DNA of 40,924 nucleotides from a bacterium (GTDB lineage Bacteria; Patescibacteriota; Dojkabacteria; JAKAPS01; JAJZLI01): NCBI GenBank assembly GCA_021803645.1, contig JAJZLI010000032.1, positions 1 to 40,924 of the forward strand, read 5' to 3'. Shown piece by piece: positions 35,293 to 40,924 of this stretch (position 1 is its first letter; each line of letters starts with the position of its first letter). The notes under the pieces were generated by a model. It saw only the letters and a program-made list of their open reading frames with translations, ran no database searches and was not told where the DNA came from. The position numbers and the translations under genes were made by a program.

Positions 35293-35309
35293 AGATCGGT
35301 TTGTATTGT
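34801..35309 (+). repeat. Direct repeat copy 1 (intact 3' end of gene 34345-35292 plus 17 nt downstream)
   Basis: It aligns base by base with 36376-36831. By eye I see scattered substitutions (identity in the low 90s percent), a 3-nt indel and a 50-nt indel. Confidence 0.9.
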
Positions 35310-35411
35310 GTCTTTTCTAATTGAGTAATAACCCTGAAATTAAATTTAGAAATATGAGTTTAGTCTAGTTAAAATTGTTTTCCCGTTATTGATTTGGTAA
35401 GATAATACTAT

Positions 35412-35699
35412 ATGATATCTTTATTTCTATTGACCATAAACTTTATGAGAGTCAATGGCATTATTAGTAGTAAGCCATACTTAGCATGGGATGTAAAAGA
35501 TTTCTCCTCTTTATCAGATGAATCAATATTAGAGCATATTTTAAATTATGGTAATTGGGATGATGTACAGATGTATATAAAAATTAAGGGAATGTTTGAT
35601 ACAAAAAAAAATTTCAATAAGCTTTTAGATAAAAAAAGAGTAAACCTTTTTCCAGAAATAAAACATTATTTCACTATATATTTTGATAAATATGCATAA
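35412..35699 (+). CDS. Small DUF6922-like protein, putative antitoxin partner of the AbiEii-like nucleotidyltransferase
   Basis: KPYLAWDVKDFSSLSDESILEHILNYGNWDDVQMYIKIKG fits the fWDvd..ld....ii.RiLnyGd pattern of small proteins encoded upstream of AbiEii-like genes. The real start may be ATG 35445. Confidence 0.5.
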   Translation: MISLFLLTINFMRVNGIISSKPYLAWDVKDFSSLSDESILEHILNYGNWDDVQMYIKIKGMFDTKKNFNKLLDKKRVNLFPEIKHYFTIYFDKYA

Positions 35700-35710
35700 A
35701 GAAAGTCCTT

Positions 35711-36287
35711 GTGGGGAATCAGATAGATATTTTGCCTGTTATTAAGAGATTTTATCTAGATTTTGGATTAGTTGGTGAAACAGCTATTGCATTATATTTA
35801 GGGCATAGAAGATCTATTGATTTTGATTTATTTTCTCTTAAACCTATTAACATTCCAAATATCAGAAGTATTCTTCTTAAAGATTCAAATATTGAACATA
35901 CATTTGTTCAAGGAGATAATGAGCTAACCATATTAGTTAATCAAGTTAAAATTACATTTCTTTATTTTCCTTACAAGCTAAAATTCGAACACAATTTTGA
36001 AAATATTATAAATCTTTCCACCTTACCTACCCTTGCTGGAATGAAAGCATTTGCTTTGGGTAGAAGATCTAAGTTGGAAAGATTATATTGATCTATACTT
36101 CATTATTAAACAATTAGGTTTAAATATAGTTATTAATGAGGCAAATAGATTGTTTGGTAATGAATTTAATGAAAAGCGATTTAGAGCACAACTCTCATAT
36201 TTTGAAGATGTAGATTATTCTGAGGAGGTGGAATTTATGGAGGGGTTTGAGGTTGAAATAAAAAATGTTAAACAATTTTTACTGTAA
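35711..36287 (+). pseudogene. AbiEii/AbiGii-like nucleotidyltransferase split by a 1-nt frameshift near 36074
   Basis: ORF 35711-36091 carries FGLVGETAIALYLGHRRSIDFDLFS, the nucleotidyltransferase motif. ORF 36051-36287, in another frame, continues with WKDYIDLYFIIKQLG, the typical KD..DLyfl motif. Removing one t from aagttgg joins ALGRRSK to WKDYIDLYF. Confidence 0.65.
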
Positions 36288-36375
36288 AAAAGCATTGAAT
36301 AGCCATACTTAATGCATAAATATATATTTTCTAGACACTATACCTCTGTTCAGTCTTTTCATATCAGTAATGGTA

Positions 36376-36831
36376 GAAATATTCATGAATACTCTTCTTT
36401 ATAAGAGTACTCAATCCTCTATTTCTGGTGTATGGTCATATAGTTTAACAAATCTTCCAAGTGGAAAGGTAACTCTATCTGCTCTTGATATAACTGAAAG
36501 CGGTATCATTTCTTATCAGTCAGATATTGTTTCTTTTGATGTCTCAAATACAATAGTCAATACAGTAACTATAAAAGTATATTAACCTACTCCCGTACAA
36601 AATGTATCTAGTTCAAATTATTTACATACTGTATCCTCACCTTTACCTAACAGTAAATTACAACCCCCTGTATCAGTTGTAAGTCACGTAACTAAACCTG
36701 TAATTACTCCTGTAGTTAAAGCAGTCCCAAAATACTCTAAGAGAGAGAATTCTCCAGGAGAAAAGTATATTGAGCCTATATCACTTGCAATATTCTATTA
36801 TTAGACTGAGGTAAAGAATAGTTTGTATTGT
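36376..36831 (+). pseudogene. Direct repeat copy 2: decayed duplicate of the 3' end of gene 34345-35292
   Basis: It lacks the 5' two-thirds of the gene. It has a TCA-to-TAA nonsense change (gtatactcacct versus gtatattaacct), a 3-nt deletion, and a 50-nt deletion that removes the TM anchor. Track ORF 36370-36585 is its remnant. Confidence 0.85.
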
Positions 36832-36835
36832 TGTT

Positions 36836-39400
36836 ATGTTTTCCAAAAATATCTATACTAAAATCATGGAGTCCCAAAAATTTGATATATTGGATGTAAC
36901 AATTTTAGATTTATTTAAAAAGTTCAATTCTACTAAAGAGGGTTTGAATGAGAGGCAATCAAATATTAATGCTATAAAGTATGGCAAAAATATACTAAGT
37001 CGAGAAAAAAACAATATTGGATCAATATTTGCATCTCAATTTAAAAATGCGTTAATACTTCTTCTTATGATTGCCCTAATTTTATCTATACTACTGGGAC
37101 AATATTCTGATGCTATTGTAATTGGAGTAATAGTCCTATTAAATGCGCTTATTAGTTTTTTTCAAGAATATAGGTCTGAGGTTGCTGTTGAAAGGTTATC
37201 TAAATTAATTGAAATGGATGTTTTAGTTAAAAGAAATAATGATAAGGTTAGTGTTCCTCAGTCATATATTGTTCCAGGTGATATAGTGATTTTACAGGAA
37301 GGAGGTATTGTTCCTGCAGATATATGTCTAATTTCAGCAGACGATTTTGAAGTTAATGAATCTCAGCTTACTGGGGAAAGTGATTCTATAGTTAAAACTC
37401 CTGTTTTGGAAGGAAAGAATATAACAAAAGATTCTTTAGTATTTGCGGGAAGCACAATTGATAAGGGTGAGGCCATAGGTATTGTTTATGCAACAGCAAA
37501 TGCCACTTCTTTAGGGAAAATTGCAAAACTATCTTCGGAAACAGTGAAAGTAACTCAGTACCAAAAGAATCTTCAAAATTTTAGTACCTTTCTTATTATA
37601 GTAACGCTTGTTACTCTTTTAATTGTATTCATATCCAAAGTATTGATAACTGGTTCTTTTTCCAATATATCTGCACTTTTTATCTTTATAATTGCACTTG
37701 CTATATCTGTTGTTCCAGAAGCTTTACCTGTAATTGCTACTGTGACTATGTCATATGGAGCTATCAGGCTTTCGAAAAGGCATGTTATAGTAAAGAGGTT
37801 ATCTTCCTTGGAAGATTTTGGAAATATTAATGTTCTCTGTACTGATAAGACTGGTACCTTGACAGAAAATAAAATGAAGGTGGAATCTCTTGTATCAGAT
37901 GATAATAATCTTTTTTGTGAATTTGCATATGCAGAGATTGAATCAGGTACTCATAAAAGAAGAAAATTTTTAAGTTCCTACGATTTAGCCTTTTCAGAGT
38001 ATGTCTCTGAAGATACTAAAAGAAAATCAAAATCTCTTAGTATTGCCAAAGAGTTACCATTTGATCCAGATTCGAGAAGGAGGCGCATTGTTTTTGAGGA
38101 TACATCTTCTCACAAACACTACCTCGTTGTTTTTGGCGATTTAGAAACACTACTTAAGATATCAGTGTGTGAGAAAAAAGAGAATTACTTAAAGAAGTCA
38201 TTGGAAGAGGGGAAGATGGGGCTTAGGCATTTTGCCATATCATATAGGGAAATATTTAATTATACAGACGACTTTGACATTATTAAGAATGAAGAGCATC
38301 TTGTATTTTTAGGGTATGCTTCTTTGTCTGATCCACTTAGAAAGGATGCTTTATCTACTATTAAATTTGCAGAGCGTCTTGGGGTTGATATCAAAATATT
38401 AACTGGGGATAGTCTAGAGGTCTCAGAATATGTTGCAAGAGAAGTTGGGCTTATTAGTGAGGGAGATACTGTATATTCTGGAGAGGATATTGCTAAAATG
38501 ACACCACACGATCTAAAAGTTGCAGTCAGGACAGGGAAGGTTTTTGCAAAAGTTTCTCCAGAGCAAAAATATCTTATTATACAAACCCTTAAAGAGGATC
38601 ATATTGTTGGGTATCAGGGGGATGGAATCAATGATGCTCCGTCTCTTAAGCTTGCAGATGTTGCTATTGCTGTAGAAGGTGCTACTGATGTAGCAAAGGA
38701 TAGTGCTGATATAATACTTTTGCAGAAAAACCTAAATACCGTTATTAGTGGTATAGAATATGGAAGGTCTATTTTTGTGAATATTAATAAGTATATTAAA
38801 TATACTATGGTTGGTAATTGGGGAAATTTGTTTGCTTTATCATTTTTATATCTTTTTAATGCATCTTTACCAATATTAGCAGTACAACTTCTTTTAAGTA
38901 GTCTGATTACTGATATTCCACTTATTACAATTGCTACTGACAATGTTGACAGTCATGAAGTTTCCTCTCCTGAAAGGTATGATGTACACTCATTGATGTT
39001 TATATCTATAGTTTTAGGTATGCTTACTACTATTTTTGAACTTGTATTTTTCTCAACACTAAAGAATTACTCTCCTGCATTTTCGCAAACTAGTATATAT
39101 ATAGCTATTACACTTCTTCAGCTTATTGTTATATTTTCTATTAGGAGTAAGTCTCATTTTTGGAAGGCAAAAGATCCATCTTATCAGTTGATGATTGCAA
39201 TGTTAGGAGGATCTATAATTAGTGTACTTATGGCGTATTTTCATTTTACTATGAGAATATTTCACTTCATATTTCTTCCTCTTTCAGAACTTTCCTTTAT
39301 TATTCTTATGGTACTTGTCTACTTATTTATTCTGGATATTGTTAAGGTATGGTATTACAAAGTTTTTGAAAAAAGTGTTAATATTTTACCTACAAGATAG
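36836..39400 (+). CDS. Cation-translocating P-type ATPase (P2/P3-like, Mg2+/Ca2+-type)
   Basis: Motifs present are TGES, PEALPVIATV in TM4, the phosphorylation site LCTDKTGTLTENKM, KILTGDS and the hinge GYQGDGINDAPSLKLADVAIAV. About 10 TM helices are predicted. Confidence 0.9.
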   Translation: MFSKNIYTKIMESQKFDILDVTILDLFKKFNSTKEGLNERQSNINAIKYGKNILSREKNNIGSIFASQFKNALILLLMIALILSILLGQYSDAIVIGVIVLLNALISFFQEYRSEVAVERLSKLIEMDVLVKRNNDKVSVPQSYIVPGDIVILQEGGIVPADICLISADDFEVNESQLTGESDSIVKTPVLEGKNITKDSLVFAGSTIDKGEAIGIVYATANATSLGKIAKLSSETVKVTQYQKNLQNFSTFLIIVTLVTLLIVFISKVLITGSFSNISALFIFIIALAISVVPEALPVIATVTMSYGAIRLSKRHVIVKRLSSLEDFGNINVLCTDKTGTLTENKMKVESLVSDDNNLFCEFAYAEIESGTHKRRKFLSSYDLAFSEYVSEDTKRKSKSLSIAKELPFDPDSRRRRIVFEDTSSHKHYLVVFGDLETLLKISVCEKKENYLKKSLEEGKMGLRHFAISYREIFNYTDDFDIIKNEEHLVFLGYASLSDPLRKDALSTIKFAERLGVDIKILTGDSLEVSEYVAREVGLISEGDTVYSGEDIAKMTPHDLKVAVRTGKVFAKVSPEQKYLIIQTLKEDHIVGYQGDGINDAPSLKLADVAIAVEGATDVAKDSADIILLQKNLNTVISGIEYGRSIFVNINKYIKYTMVGNWGNLFALSFLYLFNASLPILAVQLLLSSLITDIPLITIATDNVDSHEVSSPERYDVHSLMFISIVLGMLTTIFELVFFSTLKNYSPAFSQTSIYIAITLLQLIVIFSIRSKSHFWKAKDPSYQLMIAMLGGSIISVLMAYFHFTMRIFHFIFLPLSELSFIILMVLVYLFILDIVKVWYYKVFEKSVNILPTR

Positions 39401-39615
39401 GATATTATACCCTAGGTTTGAACTTGTTCCTCATTAAAGATACATCCCAATTACCGAAATTGTGTTATTTCTATTACCTCTATGTTTAATTTACTGTATG
39501 TTAAATACAGCCTAATATATTCTTCCAATAATTTTGTTATTTTATTTTCATATTTTGTATACATCCAACACCTATTAGGTTACTAAAAATAGTTAAACTG
39601 ATATAATTAATACAT

Positions 39616-40056
39616 ATGACAGATAAAGTTATAGAAAGAGGTTTTGTCGCAAAGGCAAGTATTGAAATCAAATCCCCAATTTCAAAAGTATGAGGGGCAT
39701 TAACAAACCCTGAAATTATTAAACAATTTATATTTGGCTCAGAAGTTGTGACTTATTGGATAGAGGATCATTAAATTCTTTATAGCGGAATCTGGAATGG
39801 TAAACCTTTTGAAGATAAAGGAAATATTATAACGATTATTCCTGAAAAAACTTTAGTGACTACTCATTATTCTCCTTTATCAGGAATACCAGATATAGAA
39901 GAAAATTATCATACCGTTAGATATGATTTAATAAATCAGGGAAATGCTACAATTGTTACACTAACACAGGATAATAATTGTTCAGAAGATGAAAGGAAAC
40001 ATTCTGAGGAAAATTGGAATATAATACTAGAAAAATTAAAATCCTTGTTAGAATAG
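39616..40056 (+). pseudogene. SRPBCC/AHSA1-like protein gene with two in-frame stop codons
   Basis: A single frame reads from ATG 39616 to TAG 40054-40056: MTDKVIERGFVAKASIEIKSPISKV*GALTNPEIIKQFIFGSEVVTYWIEDH*ILYSGIWNGKPFEDKGNIITIIPEKTLVTTHYSPLSG...EENWNIILEKLKSLLE. The stops are TGA at 39691 and TAA at 39772. Only the last 66 codons remain as a track ORF. Confidence 0.7.
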
Positions 40057-40068
40057 AACTTTGTTGTA

Positions 40069-40158
40069 CGGAGAGGGTGAGATTCGAACTCACGATTCCA
40101 ATTTTGTTGGAACACTGTTTTTCGAGAACAGCCTGATCAACCTCTCCAGCACCTCTCC
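40069..40158 (-). tRNA. tRNA-Ser (anticodon CGA), long variable arm, no encoded CCA
   Basis: The reverse complement folds as a cloverleaf. It has acceptor GGAGAGG/CCTCTCC, anticodon stem CTGTT/AACAG, loop CTCGAAA, a ~20-nt variable arm (TTCCAA/TTGGAA stem), a T arm GTGAG-TTCGAAT-CTCAC and discriminator G. Confidence 0.9.
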
Positions 40159-40169
40159 TTGAAAATATA

Positions 40170-40242
40170 TGCTCCCGATAGGGGTTGAACCTATACTCTT
40201 CAGATCCGCAATCTGATGCTTTATCCATTAAGCTACGGGGGC
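40170..40242 (-). tRNA. tRNA-Arg (anticodon GCG), no encoded CCA
   Basis: The reverse complement is GCCCCCG-TA-GCTT-AATGGATA-AAGC-A-TCAGA-TTGCGGA-TCTGA-AGAGT-ATAGG-TTCAACC-CCTAT-CGGGAGC-A. The cloverleaf is good apart from a C3:A70 mismatch in the acceptor stem. The D loop has an A at the position-20 region, consistent with Arg identity. Confidence 0.8.
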
Positions 40243-40254
40243 ATATTTTATATA

Positions 40255-40262
40255 ATTATACA
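40255..40262 (-). promoter_or_regulatory. Extended -10 TGTATAAT (minus strand) upstream of the tRNA-Arg/tRNA-Ser pair
   Basis: The plus-strand attataca is the reverse complement of TGTATAAT. The element ends about 12 nt upstream of the tRNA-Arg 5' end. Confidence 0.4.
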
Positions 40263-40296
40263 CTACTGATGAAATAATATATGAGTGGTAATTGCC

Positions 40297-40593
40297 TTAG
40301 AATGAACTTGCATCTGTAGAATTCTGAGTAATACCTCCACTCAAACTTCCACTAACGCTTGTTGAATTAAGAAGTGTTTCTGCAGATTGAAGTTGAGATG
40401 TACTCTGTATTTGAGGTACATATGTTGAGCTTGTATTTGATGGTGATAGTGCTGCTGTCCATTGAGCATTTTCTCTAATATACATAATATTGAAAATGAC
40501 TGAGATAATAAGAAGAATAGCTAATATGACTACAGTGAAGATCAAAATTCTAGAAGATTTATTTTCTGTTACTGTATTATTTGTTGTTTCCAT
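40297..40593 (-). CDS. Small hypothetical membrane-anchored S/T-rich protein
   Basis: The ORF is 98 aa with one N-terminal TM helix (ILIFTVVILAILLIISVIFNIMYI) followed by an S/T/Q-rich tail. I recognise no family. Confidence 0.4.
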   Translation of the reverse strand: METTNNTVTENKSSRILIFTVVILAILLIISVIFNIMYIRENAQWTAALSPSNTSSTYVPQIQSTSQLQSAETLLNSTSVSGSLSGGITQNSTDASSF

Positions 40594-40607
40594 AATTTAT
40601 ACCTTCC

Positions 40608-40901
40608 TTATTTATTTAGAGCATTACTAGCTTTTGAATTAGAGTGACTATTTGCTTCTGAAGTTGCAATTGCAACTATAAGGTTTCTTATTGCTCTTCT
40701 ATAGTTTCTTAGATCTTGTATTGTCTGTTGCATATCACTATTGTATGTTAATACTAAAATTCTTGGATGATTTTTTGTACAGGAGAAAGAATTCAGTGCA
40801 GAGCTTGCATTACTAATGTCTGAATTAACTTTTGATTCACTAGTATTTATGTCTGTTATCAGTGTGTTATAGTTTGATACGCTAATGCCTTTTGGCAACA
40901 C
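40608..40901 (-). CDS. Hypothetical protein, possibly 5'-truncated by the window edge
   Basis: The frame stays open to the window end. The track start at 40901 is a GTG preceded by AAGG. I recognise no family. Confidence 0.35.
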   Translation of the reverse strand: MLPKGISVSNYNTLITDINTSESKVNSDISNASSALNSFSCTKNHPRILVLTYNSDMQQTIQDLRNYRRAIRNLIVAIATSEANSHSNSKASNALNK

Positions 40902-40924
40902 CTTATTTGTATAATACTCAGATC

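Larger units (their letters stand above)
35310..36375 (+). mobile_element. About 1.07-kb inserted cassette (DUF6922-like gene plus AbiEii-like nucleotidyltransferase) bounded by ~0.5-kb direct repeats
   Basis: The segment is unique sequence between the two repeat copies. It carries a two-gene TA-like module and no recombinase. Confidence 0.3.

Noticed and set aside
36370-36585. A 71-aa ORF considered as an independent small gene.
   Set aside because: It is the remnant of the decayed duplicate of the 3' part of gene 34345-35292. It lacks the signal peptide and 5' region, and it ends at a nonsense substitution relative to the intact copy.
39401-39615. An AT-rich intergenic region with a short hairpin (ctgtat-gttaa-atacag near 39494-39510), considered as a terminator or small RNA.
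   Set aside because: The stem is only 6 bp and AT-rich, and no U-tract follows. It is indistinguishable from chance structure in AT-rich DNA.
39691-39693. In-frame TGA at a conserved Trp position, considered as evidence for an alternative genetic code (TGA = Trp or Gly).
   Set aside because: TGA clearly terminates several well-supported genes here, including the ATGA-coupled stops at 2332-2334 and 8323-8325. All long ORFs read through under the standard code. The same gene also has an in-frame TAA. A pseudogene is the simpler explanation.
39956-40228. A 90-aa minus-strand ORF covers the tRNA region.
   Set aside because: It runs through both tRNA genes and the 3' end of the SRPBCC pseudogene. 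The tRNA cloverleaves explain the sequence.

Overview
This is an AT-rich, tightly packed bacterial chromosome segment. Many genes overlap by 4 nt (ATGA) or slightly more, and TGA is used as a normal stop codon. The gene content suggests a reduced-genome, Gram-positive-like Patescibacteria/CPR-type organism: sortase, T4SS-pilin/PrgI-type proteins, a short IF-2, and degenerate housekeeping paralogs. This taxonomic call is an inference, not something the sequence proves.

Layout:
1. 20-9944: a type IV secretion (T4SS)-like locus. It holds two paralogous triads (PrgI/VirB3-like membrane protein, a small unknown protein, a VirB4-family ATPase). These flank a VirB2-like pilin and a VirB6-like polytopic protein. 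An AbiEi/AbiEii toxin-antitoxin pair is inserted in the middle. No relaxase, VirD4 coupling protein, integrase or transposase is visible.
2. 9941-12282: a sortase, divergent from a large polytopic membrane protein that may be a GT-C-like glycosyltransferase.
3. 12.3-25.4 kb: a housekeeping block with dnaJ, family-4 uracil-DNA glycosylase, a stand-alone Lon AAA+ module, a VIT-family transporter, nusA, infB, a degenerate DHH protein, pnp, rpsO, RNase J, an FNR-like reductase and bcp.
4. 25.5-35.3 kb: a surface-protein cluster. It contains a 1934-aa IPT/Fn3/12-blade-Kelch/LamG protein, two paralogous membrane-anchored proteins, a 350-aa secreted protein that shares the giant protein's C-terminal domain, and an Ig-like anchored protein.
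5. 35.3-36.8 kb: a small cassette carrying an AbiEii-like nucleotidyltransferase with a frameshifted toxin gene. It sits between two ~0.5-kb direct repeats of the upstream gene's 3' end.
6. 36.8-40.9 kb: a P-type ATPase, an SRPBCC pseudogene with two in-frame stops, tRNA-Ser(CGA), tRNA-Arg(GCG) and two small unknown ORFs.

I saw no rRNA, CRISPR array or IS element. All homology calls come from motif recognition by eye. None was verified by a search.
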